DNA from: Chiloscyllium plagiosum
Taxonomy: Eukaryota
DNA length: 64,000 nucleotides
Reading direction: 5' to 3'
Assembly: GCF_004010195.1 (NCBI RefSeq)
Contig: NC_057718.1
Coordinates: forward strand, 92,412,765-92,476,764
Shown here: piece by piece, positions 49,987 through 62,906 of the stretch
Numbering within the stretch: the first letter of the stretch is position 1
Layout of the letters: the number at the start of each line of letters is the position of its first letter
The notes under the pieces: generated by a model
Databases searched by the model: none
The model's input: only the letters and a program-made list of their open reading frames with translations
Told to the model about the DNA's origin: nothing
Made by a program: the position numbers and the translations under genes

Positions 49987-52289
49987 CATTTAATACGCAT
50001 ATAATGTACCCCTGTATGGTGTCAGCAATGAACAAGCACAACTAAATAGAAGGAAAGAGACACCATTTTAGTAGTTACTCTTTAAGTTTCTTGGCTAATA
50101 TTTTTCTGCAAAATGATAGAAACCAGATTTGAACTTTATATTCATATTATACAGAGTCTGTACAATTTGAGAAGAGGAGACTATTGTCTGGGGATTATTG
50201 TCAGTTGTTCTATCTTGAAATGAAATGTATGTGAACAGTTTTGACAAACTTGAGATAAAATAATAGGATTATTCATTATCACACGTTTATTCAATATTTT
50301 TAAAGTGGAGTTGGAGAAAAGTCTATTATGTCGTCATGATCCCAAGTTTAGAAGCTGAGCAACAGTGATCATTAAGAAATATAGTTTAAAAGGTAACAGC
50401 AGGGTTAAGTAATGTGAAAGAGGTTGAAAATTTGTAAGTGACACTGATGCACCTTCAAAACATCTAATATTGATGCACTCAAACTATATAGAGTCAGGAA
50501 AGGTTCAAAAATAATTGTATGGATCCTCATGCCATTTGGAGTTATCTTGCTGTCTACCCCTAAGCATTGTATTCTGTGGAGCAAGTTGACAGATCAAGAG
50601 TAGCAGGAGTGTGGTTGTGGGAATGGGATATGAACTGTGACAGCAGGATTCTACTAAATATTTCTGTCCCTGTCCCTCTTAAAAAGGGACAACGTATTGA
50701 GTGTTTTTTTTGAAGCTGTAATAGTGTTCTTATCTGCCATTTACTGCCCCAATTTAACCATATTGTATCTATTCAGTGCAATCAATGGACTTGGAACTTT
50801 TACAGTTAAATTTTAGTTTGATTTTATATACATGTGCTGTGTAATCACATTTTCAGCTCATTCCAAAATTCCCCAATTAGATATCCTCACTCTGTTCCTG
50901 GTTCACTTCACTACAAGTCAACACTGCAGCAGATTGTTCAGATTTACAGGAAAATCTAATATTATTAATCTACTAAATTCATGCCTGTCTTGTACAGGAC
51001 TTTTGGGAGGCATATTATTTGAGGAATTTTGTTTTTTTTTCTAGCAAAATAATTCAGCCACACTGCTTGAAAGTGCATTCTGATGAACTATTAAACTACA
51101 AGAAAAAGTAAATAAATATGATTATGATCCAAAGATCTTCAGAAATACAGATTTCACCTTGATTTGCTCAATTTTTTTATCATACTTTGACCACTACTGA
51201 TGAGCTGTAATAATCATAACAGCTAGAATGAACAGTTATCCTCTTGTCCTTCAACGTACAATGAAGTTTGGATCACACTTTAATTACATTTATATTTGTT
51301 AATTTCTTGTAAAAACAATATTTCACTCATGAAAAATATGAGAAAACATGTTAACTTAATAAGGATAATTGGATGGATATAACAGTGTGGACCTGTCAGT
51401 ATCTGAAAGACAGTGGAACCGTGCAAATGAATCTGGTCCTCACTGTTAGTTCCAATCAGTTTTAAAAGAAAGGCATCATAATGTTATGTCTTCACAAGAT
51501 TTTAGATGTAATTAACATTCTACTAATGCAGAAAAATGCTTCATATAATGCTTCTGATTTTCTAATTTGTTTTCATGCTTCAAGCAGAGCCAGTACAATT
51601 AGTTTTAAATGTTTGAGCATATATCAAACATCTAAGTAAAGGGTCCTTGTCCAAGTTATATTTTGGCTGTTTTATATTTAATCTCATTTTGAGGTCATTA
51701 TACAATTTAGTTCATTCAATTGATGCCAGATGTAATGGTGTGGCATTTTTTGTGCATTATGATGAATCCTTGTTTTAATTTGTGATATTAATTATATAGA
51801 CTATATGGTTTGTGAAAACTCCTTAATTTGCTCTCATTAAGTTTGGAGAGCAGAAGGATGTGCAATGAACAAACCTTCTAACAGCAATATTTTTGTTTAT
51901 TTATTATCTGTGAAATTTTTACAACACACATCTGTAACATAGAAGATGACTGCTAATAGCTCTTTTAAGTATCGTGCTAATTGTGCACTGCAGCTGCTTG
52001 GTATTAGAATCTCCTCTTCTGATTGTAAATTTGAAACAGTTTTGCTTTAGAACTAGGTGAAAAGAAAAAAAAGAGTTGAAAGTTGGAAATTCACAGCTAC
52101 TTGATCAGTGATAGAAAAAGAAAATTAGAAACATAAATTAGAAAATTATTCATGAATTATTTCAGTAATCAACTAATTTGCGTTTAAGGATCAAGTGCTT
52201 GTGTATTCCCATCTCTCAATATCAAGGAATTGTTGGTTAAAAGAGAAAATATGCTTGTGATTTCTTTTCCAATTAAATGCTTTGTATTA

Positions 52290-53050
52290 TAGAGTCATCG
52301 AGGTCTACAGCATAGAAAAAGGCCATTTTGCCTATAGAGTCCATGCTGGTCAAAAACAACCACTTAACTATCCTAATTCCATTTTCCAGCACCTGGCCCA
52401 AAGCCTTATATGCTTTCGTATCACAAGTGTGCATCTAAATGCTATGTAAATGTTCGGAGGGTTTTTGTCTCTATCACCCTTTCAGGCAGTGTGTTGAAGA
52501 TTTCCACCACCTCCTGGATGCAAATATTTCTCCTCACGTCCTCTCTAAACTTCTTGACCCTTACCTTAATTCTATGCCCCCTTGTTATTGATTGCACCAC
52601 CAAGGGGAAATGTTCCTCTTGATCTATCCTGTCTGTATATAACAATCATGTCCCTTCTCAATCTCCTTTGCTCTGAGGAAAACAACTTCAGTCTATCCAA
52701 TCTCACTTGGTAACAACATTATCCAGCCCAGATAACATCCTGTTAAATGCCCTTTGCACCCTCTTCAGCACAATCACACTCCTCCTGTAATGTTCCTGTG
52801 GTTCCAGCATTGCCTCCCTGCACTTAAACTCTCTGCTGATAAAAATGGGTATCCCACATAATTCCTCATCACCTTATCTCCTTGCTTAATTCATTCATGG
52901 AATGTGGATGTTGCTGGTTAGGCCAGCATTTGTTACACATCCATAAACTATCTGTCCTGCTACCTTAAAGGACTGATGGATTTACACACCATGGTTTGCC
53001 TGATCCTTGGTGCTTCCCAGAGTCCTACCGTTCATCATGACTAAATCTTG
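52290..53050 (-). mobile_element. CR1 3' portion, decayed
   Basis: Minus ORF 52442 TRGHRIKVRVKKFREDVRRN..FNTLPERV plus tail at 52290. Confidence 0.85.
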
Positions 53051-53099
53051 AATCCTCTAGAATGCTTTAACTGTTCAATCTTCATTGTCATCATTCACA

Positions 53100-53732
53100 C
53101 TTGTTACACAAAGGATTCATTGAGACTACTCTGAGCTGCTGCATCACTGCCTTACTTGGGAATTGTACTGTCTCGGATCATAAGACCCTACAATGGATAG
53201 TGAGGACAGCTGAGAAGATCATCGGGGTCTCTCTTCCCTCCAGTACAGACATTTACACCACATGCTGCAACCCAAAGGCTAACAGCATTGTGGACGACCC
53301 CACACATCCTTCATTCAAATTCTTCTCCCTCCTGCCATCTGGCAGAAGATACCGGATATTCGCCGTCTCACGGCCAGACTGTGCAATGGTTTGTTCCCTC
53401 AAGCCATCAGGCTCCTTAACACTGTATGATCATGCTGTATTCCATTTGCAGTTTTCAGACAACTTTTTGAATTGCTGCTGAAGTAATGTTTTATTAATGG
53501 TCATTGTTACATTGTTATTTGTCCACCACTGTGCTGATTGTCTTGTCAGGAATGACTGTGCTGTCTTGCATGTTTTGCATTTTTCTATGCACTTTATGCT
53601 GCCCTGTGTCTGACTGCGTTCTCATGTAGTCTGTGTGTTCATATAGTACCTTGATCCTGGAGGAATGCTGTCTCATTTTTATTTTACCAGCTGCATGTGG
53701 TAGAAACGAAAAATAAAGTTAAACTACTCTAC
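53100..53732 (+). mobile_element. Rex1/Babar-type LINE 3' end
   Basis: ORF 53101 IETTLSCCITA..LQWIVRTAEKIIG..KANSIVDDPTHP..FSLLPSGRRYR (characteristic Rex1 C-terminus); AATAAA and short repeat tail. Confidence 0.85.
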
Positions 53733-54365
53733 TTTCATGTCAACATTTGACATTAAAACAACCTTTGTTAGTGTTTATAGTTCAAATCTTGTATGTAAAC
53801 GGTTGCCAGTGAGAATGCAGGTCCAGACTCTGACCACAAGATGACATTGTAGAGTGACATTTCTGAAGTTTTCCTCTTAGTTCATTCCAATTTTCAGCTG
53901 TTTGCCCAGCAGAATAGGGTATTTCCCCGATAGAATCTTCAGTCAGAAGGATGATATTTCATTCTGGGCTATTGAAGTCCACTACAAAGTTAATTATGGG
54001 CTGAATTGACAAGGTCTGCTATTGGTTGTGGAAGTGGCTTTTTTTTAATATGAATTTTTACCAAAGCAAATGAAATAGAGCAGGATTCGCCAGCTTGGCG
54101 CCTCAAACTTGCTAATCAGCTCTCATCTTTTGTGCCAGCTCAGCAGTTAACTTGCCGATATTTCAAAAATCTTTTTTTTAAATATAATCATTGATCCCTC
54201 TGATTGAGAATTCCAGGCATTTGCTGCACTTCTGGAGAAGAAATTTCTTTGTGTCTTAGTTTTAATTGAATTTCCCTTTATTTTGTAACTATGTTCTACA
54301 CCTATGCTTAACACTTACGTTTTTAACATGTTGGTGTTTTGTTCTGTAAAAACTGTAGAATTATA

Positions 54366-54683
54366 GGCAGTGGCTCAGTGGCTAGCACTGCTGCCTCACA
54401 GCGCCAGGGACCCGGGTTCAATTCCAGCCTCGGGTGACTGTCTGTGTGGAGTTTGCACATTCTCCCAGTGTCTGTGTGGGTTTCCTCCGGGTACTCCGGT
54501 TTCCTCCCACAACCCAAAGATGTGCAGGTCAGGTGAATTGGCCATGCTAAATTGCCCATAGTGATAGGTGCATTAGTAGGGAGTAGGGGAATGGATCTGG
54601 ATTGGTGACTCTTCGGAGGGTCTGTGTCGACTTGTTGGGCTGAAGGGCCTGTTTCCACACTGTAGGGAATCTAATCTAATCTA
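54366..54683 (+). mobile_element. HE1-type V-SINE
   Basis: A/B boxes, HE1 body, (CTAAT)n tail. Confidence 0.92.
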
Positions 54684-55935
54684 ACCAAACATATTATATT
54701 TCCAAATAATATTTGGTCAAAACAGTCAGAATGTGTCAGTTTATAAAAGTTTAATTTCTTCATCTCATTTGTAACTGTAAAGCTTAAAGATGAGGAAAAA
54801 TACCATCAAGTAATTGGAAAGGTCAACCACTGGCCCGCTGCTCATAACATTGTGACTGGTTTCCCTGTTTTGTCATCTCACCATGTCAATGTGCAGCATT
54901 GACTAACGGCACATCTTCACCCAGGTCTTATAAACTGCTGACTGATAAAGCTTCATTGAATATGAGGAGTTGGGAAAATAGCTGGTGAGGCAAAAGAGCC
55001 TCCTGTAGAATATGTAAGCATTTGCTTATTTTAAATCTTTTGTTTGTTCCATCCAAAATTATTTTCCTGATTTAAATCCAAAGTTTGCTCACTATCAACA
55101 CTGTGTTAGAAAATAAATACTTGTCACCTGAAAGCTGACCAAAAAGTCACATGACCTACATTTCTATATTCTCCAACGTGACCTTTTTGGTTCCTGCAGC
55201 AAGTTAAATTCTTGAATACAAATAAGAGACAAAAGATGCCGGAAACTGTCATGCCAGGTCTCTTGCTTTTTTTTGTCTTTCTGGTATTTTCATGGTTTTC
55301 TCACTGATGGGAGAGAATGCTTGAGTTTGAAATGGGTGGAACTACTGCAATTCTCTGCAACCAAGCTGAGATGAAGTGATCAAACCCCATGCCTTACTTT
55401 CCTCACTCGCCACTGGCTAGAAGAACTGAATTTTAAGTCATCTGGTCAGCCAGAAGAATTGGCGCCATGACATTGTGAAAGCCAGAATTAGTAAACATTC
55501 CCCTTTTCCAGGCCTAATGAAAAACTATTAAGGTTAGAGGTCTGCTTTCTTTTTGGACTACAACTAGAATAACTCATGGTCATCACTGTTGCAACAATAC
55601 CCTGAAGCCTGCAGTAGTAAGTGAATTGGCACCTTTTTGCAGGTGTGAAATCTACCTGGGGTATGTTAGGCCAGGTTAATGACTTAAATCAACAAAAATG
55701 TGTGTGGGACATTTTTCGTGATTTGTCTTGGGCTCTGGTGTGAGGAGCGAGACTCAAGGTAATGAAAAATGCCCCTTATATGGAAGCATTTTTTTTCTGC
55801 AACAATAAATACAGCTGATCATTGAGACAAAAAATTGGATTGGTACGTATTTTGGCTTATCTTCATACCAATTTGTCTGTTTCTGTTTTAGTATATTAAA
55901 GCTCAGATGATGTTTATTATTTTTGTAACTAACAG

Positions 55936-56013
55936 AAACAAGAGCTTATCAGCTGTTAAAGCTATCGGCAATGCAGAAGAATGAGAAGGATGTTTCTGAT
56001 TTACATTCAGCAG
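55936..56013 (+). CDS. Coding exon (78 bp; ETRAYQLLKLSAMQKNEKDVSDLHSA)
   Basis: T-rich tract and ctaacag acceptor, CAG|gtaatt donor. Only the phase-1 frame is open, which is the phase required by the upstream exon. Confidence 0.7.
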
Positions 56014-57707
56014 GTAATTGCCAGTGTTTTTTTCATAAATCAATATACTAATTGTTTACAAAATTGTCCAATCAACCACGTAGCCCTTGTTTATGAAAAA
56101 TATTGTGGCATGGAAAGTAGTTGATTTTTGTTTTGATTCTGTGTATAAGACCAAATTGAAGTCTGCAGATAATGATACTGTTACATAAATTGCTCCAATT
56201 ATATTGCTTTTTTAAAAATAATCCATTTGAATTATATGTAAAGGAGCGCCTATATTCATGGGACAGTAGTGTATGGAATAAAACAGTGTTTAGCCTGTAT
56301 CTGAGGGGAAACCCATTTTACTTGTGTACAAAAACATTTGCCTTTCACACCCCAAGTGATTTACTTATTGTACAACACAATTTTGTTTTGACTTATTAAA
56401 TGTTATAAAAATGCTGTTGATTTTCATTCAAGTTCTGTTTTGCCACTTGGTGTGATGAGAGTACTTACTATGTACTCAAATCTTGCCAGAATAAATACTC
56501 TCAGCTCTTTAAACTGTCCAAAACTGCTATGAATCTAAAAGGGTTTTCCAGGCAAGCTGCTTTGTTTTACTATGACATACTTTATTGCTACTCCTCTTAA
56601 GTGTATACTTCTGATAAGTGTATACAAATAGTGGGAATCAGCTACACACTTAACTAGAGTATGTTGTAGTTATCTTTGAGAGTTTCATTAATATTATTAA
56701 ACTGTGACAGGTCGAGAACTATTTTTTTTCTTTGAAATGCAAAAAAAAACTGCGATTGTCATAAGTTTTGTGGTGAAACAAATGATTACATTCTGAACTT
56801 CATGCAGCTGGTAAGAATGTTTTTATAAAAGATCAGCCTTAGGAAACAATTACAGGAATTAGTTCATGATTCCATGGAAAAACAAACTTGACTTTTACAT
56901 CCTGCCCACTTGTTTATACCTTTTATGATAACAAAGAACAGATTTTGCAGTCTGGAGAGAAGGACTAGTGCGAATTAGCAGAACTGCTCCTATATTTTAA
57001 TTTTCCATTGTGTATATAAACATAAGAACCTAAAGGATATGATTACAACACAAACACTAGCAATGAACATCTTGCACTAGAACAACCCAAGATGAAAAGT
57101 GAATGATGGGAATTAACAATTACTTCACCAATATTATGAGTTGTGTAGACACATGATAAATGATCCTTTTAACGATTTTCAAGTGAATATTCCACTACTA
57201 TGTTACACGGTAAAGTCTCATTCAAAATAGTTTGATTAAACATTATTTCACTTTTAACGTTGGTAAATTCATGGAAATTATATTCTGGCTGAGCCTCATG
57301 AGATTTATTGAACTTCATTTTCTGTATCACCAGATTGGTGCCTTCCCGGCTCCCTGACCCCCAGGTCATGGCCTGTATCCTCACCCATCTCCACTTCTGA
57401 CTTCCATGTTGTGACCCCATCTTCCTCCTGAACTCATCCATGTGACTCTTCTATTTTGTTTCCATTCAAGATCCAGATTGAATCTGAAGCCAGAGCTCTG
57501 ATATCAAAGAAGTGAGAGTTCTGATGGTGCAGAAATCTCATTGCCCTTATTGCAAGCCCCCACTGTCAATAAGGATTCAGGAGAAGGAAGCAGCATTTTA
57601 AAAAATGGATTGTAAAAGGCTCAGTATTTCTGAATTATTTGCAATTCCACAGCATTGGAGCTCCAGCTTCAGATTGAATCTGGTTCTTGAACAAAAAAAT
57701 ATATTCA

Positions 57708-58010
57708 GGCTGCATGGTGACTCAGTGGTTAGCACTGCTGCCTCACAGCACCAGGGTCCCAGGTTCAATTCCAGCCTCGAGTTCGCACATTCTTTCCATG
57801 TCAGCGTGGGTTTTCTCCGGGTGCTCCGGTTTCCTCCCACAGTCCAAAAATGTGCAGGTTAGGTGAATTGGCCATGCTAAATTGCCCATAGTGTTAGGTG
57901 CATTAGTCAGAGTGAAATGGGTCTGGGTGGGTTACTCTTCAGAGGGTTGGTGTGGACTGGTTGGGCCAAAGGGCCTGTTTCCACACTGTAGGGAATCTAG
58001 TCTCATCTAA
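57708..58010 (+). mobile_element. HE1-type V-SINE
   Basis: A/B boxes and HE1 body with a short deletion after the B box. Confidence 0.9.
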
Positions 58011-58254
58011 ACACTCGGAAATTAAATAATCTAAAAAAAGGTTCCGTTAGAGGGTATAATGTTGAATATTTCTTTTTTTTTCCTGATCAGTGATGTAATA
58101 CGGAACTAATGACAGTTCCAACATTCTTTCCTGTGGAAACTACATAAAACTGCTTCACATAAGTCATGATTTTTAGGAATGCAGCCCCATAACATCAAGT
58201 AGAGAACTTAATGTATTGTGTAACTGTTTGGCCTTGTTCTTTGTGTTGTTCGAG

Positions 58255-58351
58255 GTACGAGCAAGGAGAATTGCAGCAGGAAGGCAAAAAATGATAATGA
58301 AGTTCAAGATAATTTTGAAACTGGTTCAAGTGAAGAAAGTCCACAGTTAAG
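58255..58351 (+). CDS. Probable coding exon (97 bp; GTSKENCSRKAKNDNEVQDNFETGSSEESPQL)
   Basis: T/G-rich tract with a rare GAG acceptor, open in phase 1, AAG|gtaagg donor; purine-rich exon-like composition. Confidence 0.6.
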
Positions 58352-58994
58352 GTAAGGTGATTGTAATTAAATGTAAAAATTATCATAATTATGAATACTT
58401 TTAATTAGGAAAGCTTCATCATTGGTCACTTTTTATATGAATGTTAGGAACTGAAAAGCGTGTTATATAGTTTGACAAACATTCTGAGATGTAGTGCCTG
58501 TATTGTCAACTGAAGTATAAATCCTGGGATTCATTCTTTGGAAATGATAATTTATTTAATTATTCGCAACATCTCCCACTTGTAGAAATCAAAACTAGTA
58601 ATCACAACATTCAACAAATGTGAATTACAAACCTTGTTCCAAACACCTTTTAAAGGTGCATTTTCATGGAAGCAATGTTTTTGAATTAAATTAATTGTTA
58701 TTGTTTATACCTCTATATATGTGGTATTTGTAAGCTATTGTTGATTTACATTGTAATTGGTCAGTTTAATGAGATGTCCACCATTTAATCTGTGTATTTA
58801 ACTCACAATATCACAGCCCATAAAATCTTTTTGAAGAGTAATCTTTGCAATTTATACATATGACCCTTGATAGATTGTAGCAATCGTAATTAATAAAAAA
58901 TCATACTTAAAATTCTAACAAACAAAGAATAGACTGATTTTGTACAATGGTGACAGTTGAAATTAATCTTCCTTTTCAAGTCTCTTACTCCACT

Positions 58995-60540
58995 GATTGT
59001 GGGATGAAGCTTCGCAGTTGGAATGTAACATGAGAAAATGTGACATTATGCACTTAGGAAGTTAAAATAGAAGAGCTGAATATCATTAAAATGGAAAAAG
59101 ACTGCACCACAGAGTTGGGGTGCTCATGCAGGAATAACATAAAGCTAGAATCGTAGAGTCATAGAGTCCCACGGCACGGAGACAGGCCCTTTAGCCCAAA
59201 CTGGTGCATGCCTACCAAAATGTCCATCAACACTAAACCCATTTCCCTGTACTTGGCCCATATCCTTCTAAACCTTTCTTATAATTGTATTTGTCCAAAT
59301 GCCTTTTAAATATTGTTAATGTACCTGCCTCCACCACTTCCTTTGGCAGCTAATTAGATAAATGTACCACCCTCTGTGTAAAAAAGTTGCCCCTCAGGTT
59401 CTCTTTTATTCTTTTTTTCTCTAACCTTAAACTGATGCCTTCTAGTCTTTGATTTCCCATTCCTGGGAAAAAGATTGAGTGCATTTACCCTATACATGCC
59501 TCTCATGATCTTACATAATTCCATAAGATTCCCCCAATCTCCTACGCTCAAAAGAAAAAAGTCCTAGCTTGTCCAACTGCTCCCTATAACTCAGACCATT
59601 CAGTCATAGAGTCAGAGAGGCTGAATAGACTGGAGCTATTTCCTTGGAGCATCAGAGGGTGAGGGGTGACCTTATAGATGTTTACAAAATCATGAGGGGC
59701 ATGAATAGGATAAATATGTTCCCTGGGTGGGGGGCAGGAGATTTAGGGTGAAAGGGGAAAGATTAAAAAGGGACCTGAGGGGCAACTATTTCACGCAAAG
59801 GGTGATTCGTGAATGGAATGAGCTGCCAGAGGAAGTGTGGAGGTTGTTACAATTACAGCACTTAAAAGGTATCAGATGGGTATATGAATAGGAAGGGTAT
59901 AGAGGGATATGAGCCAAGTGCTGGCAAATGGCCTGGCAACATCTTTGTAAATTTCTATATTTCAAGGGAACCGGAATATAGAAACAGAGACCTCTTGCTA
60001 AAACTCTACAACGCACTAGTCAGATCACAATAAGAATATTCTGAGCAGTTTTGGTCCCTTGATCTAAGGAAAGATATAGTGGCATTGGAGGCAGTCCAGA
60101 GAAGGTTCACAGAGTTGGGTATGGAAGAATTTTCTTGAGGAGAAATTGAATAGATTGAATTTGCGCTTGTTGAAGTTTAGAAGAATGACAGGAGACCTTA
60201 TTAAAACACCTAAGATTCTTGAGTATTTGACAGAGTTAATGCAGAGAAATTGTTTCCCCTTGTGGGAGCGTCTCGGATCAGAGGGCATAATCCCAGCAAA
60301 AGAGAGAAAATAAAGATGAGGATGAATTTTTTTCTTGCTGAGTGTGGTGAATCTGTGTAATACTTTATTGTAGAGGGCTGTGAAAGCATAACCAGAACTG
60401 CGATATAGGGATTTTTAATCAGTAAGGGAACCGAGGGTATCAGGGAAAAGGCAGGTAAATGTGTTGAGGATTATTAGATCAGTCATGAACTCATTGATTG
60501 GCAGAGCAGACTTGATGGGCGATTAAGCTATGTCTTATGT
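58995..60540 (+). mobile_element. CR1 3' portion interrupted by two oppositely oriented HER1 3' fragments (minus 59147-59600; plus 59615-59930)
   Basis: Host CR1 text (KCDIMHLG...) stops at about 59146 and resumes at about 59964 (EYRNRDLLLKLYNALVR..FWSL); HER1 motifs lie between. Confidence 0.8.
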
Positions 60541-61333
60541 TTAAATTCATTATTTACAAAAGAATAGCATAACTCCCTGTTACATTGACCACCTTTACTT
60601 TTAACTGAAAAAAAAATTAATAGTTGATGTTGGCTTACACCACATTCCAAAGTTAAAAAGTTAAATCAAATCTTTACTATTCTTATTCTCTGTCAATATC
60701 TATCTCTGGTAGTTAAGAATAAATTCTGTGCCATCTTTTCACCATTGTTATTATTAATTATTTTCATTCGGATAGATGGTACAAAAACAACACTCGAATT
60801 TGAACTTCTGGATACTTTGAATGGGAATGGCATTTTATTTAGGGACGGAAGTACTGCCAGTGTATGCTTCCGTAGAAACATTTAGAAAGAATTATACAAG
60901 TTTGTCTCTCAGGAAAAGAGTTTTACAACAGTAGAAGTGAGTAAATAGATTGTCAGTAATGGCACAAGCAAGGTTTTTCATGGATAATCAAAAGAAAGAG
61001 TTACCTTAAACCCGTGAGATTATACACCCTAGCTTGTGACAAACATGGTTTTCCACTTGATGTTTATGTTCTTATATGATCTGGTATCTTGTTTATTTGC
61101 CTGACTCATCACTGAAAAATCCCAAAAGTTGGTGACACATTGCAAGCACCTCGCATTAGACTGCCATTCTCTTTGAAAGAATAAGCAAAGTCTACTTAGT
61201 CTCCTCAGTGGAAGTTGTGAAAGATGATATCCTTGCATTTACCAATATTTAAATGGGCATAAACTGCATTGTACTTGCAGTGAAAGGATACATATTAAAT
61301 CCAATGATAGGCAGTACTTTGCATTCATGCTAT

Positions 61334-62075
61334 TGTTACAACACTGGGTGAACCCCTCTGCTAATTAAACCAAACATCCAGAAAAGCTCACCTTGCCTCA
61401 TAATCTGCTCAAGTATGAGTAACAGAGAACTCCCAGATTACAGTATTTAAAGAAAAAATATCAATTTATTCTTTAACTCTAAAATTGAACATTAAATAAG
61501 AACTACTTACAACTCTACGCTTTCTTTCTCCTGGCTGCTTGTTATCTGCCTCCAACTCTATAACAATACGCTGTTCCACTAACCACCCATATTAAAATTA
61601 TATTAACTTAATTTTCAAAACCAGTCAGTGGCGGTCGTCTCCACTGTCCTTTCTCTGGCTGGAAATCTATCTGGGTTGTCTTCGGTCTTTTATTTTAAAG
61701 ATGTTTCTTATAAAAGCGGTATCTTTGATAGAGAGTGTTTTGCTCGGTTACTCTGGTGATGGCAGTTGGTCCTCAGTCTAGCTAACTCTCAAAATGCCAG
61801 CTTCTTTGTACCTGACATATTGGATCGTCTCATTGGTTCGATGTTGGCAAAACAGTAAAATTCAAATTTGATTGGGTTTTACTATCTTGGAGCATAATTT
61901 AAATTAGTGAAATTCAAATTGTTGTGAAAGCACGGTGACCAAAACTCAGATACTTGTTTCGCAGCCAAATATTACATATTTTCAATTTTCACATGACAGG
62001 TGCCTGCAAGATCTCAGTTCAAAACCACTTTCACTCTCTCTTAAAAGTACAGTACACGCCTTCGACTTCATAACA
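61334..62075 (-). repeat. LTR-like repeat (TGTTA...TAACA), probable solo LTR
   Basis: Inverted termini TGTTAC/CATAACA, minus-strand AATAAA near 61466; second copy begins at about 63729. Confidence 0.7.
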
Positions 62076-62906
62076 CTGAATCTATTGACCCTTTCACAGT
62101 GTCACTGCAAATGATTCTTGTACAAAATGTCCGCTCCCAATTAAGCAATTGTAAATAGGGAATGGTTGAGTGATATGATAACGTATACAAGAATGTGATA
62201 TTTTGACAGATATGTTGTCTTGTGTAACTTTTAAAATGAGGCACAATTCAGTAGATTAAAGTTTGTCTTCAGTTAAGCTTCATTCAATTTTCTTCAACCA
62301 ATACGCGATGACAATCATTTTTCACTGCTGTTAATTTCCATTTTACTCTCTGCAACACTAACAAATGTACCTGTGACATCTAGTGGGGAAACAAGGCACT
62401 GCAGAAATTTAATGTTATTCCTGTACTATATCAGATATTTAATCTTGTGTTATTAAGATCAAATCTCATCTACAATCAAAAAAGGGAAATCTGAACAAGG
62501 CTTCAACTGGATTCAAGGGTATAATTTTATGGTAAACCTGTTTAATTTATTTCCAATTATGATTTTAGAATTGTATTTCAAACTTGTGACTGCTACAATA
62601 TTGTTACCAAGTCCAATGTCACGTTGCATATTCATTATCTCTTTCTGTACAGGTGAGCCATTTATAAGATTCTGAACAGGCTCTATACCAACTATAGTCT
62701 GAAGTGAATACTTCTAAAATGCCTGACAATGTACGTAAAGCTAAATTAAGTGCTCCCAGAGTGGAACCGTGTTCATGTGGTGTATGAGTCAGATAACTGA
62801 GGATATAGCATTGTGTCTCCATTAGAACTTTCTGGCAATCACCCACACTGCTTTTCAGTGTGGGTCCATTGCTGGAAACATGGCATGAGTAAATTTGCCT
62901 TGTCAC

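Noticed and set aside
54925..54985. Candidate exon (SYKLLTDKASLNMRSWENS)
   Set aside because: Open in phase 2; the phase-1 frame required by the flanking exons has a stop.
60776..62735. Candidate downstream or terminal exons (acceptors near 60776, 60913 and 62654)
   Set aside because: In the required phase 2 each gives an early stop; any could be terminal, so none can be chosen from sequence alone.
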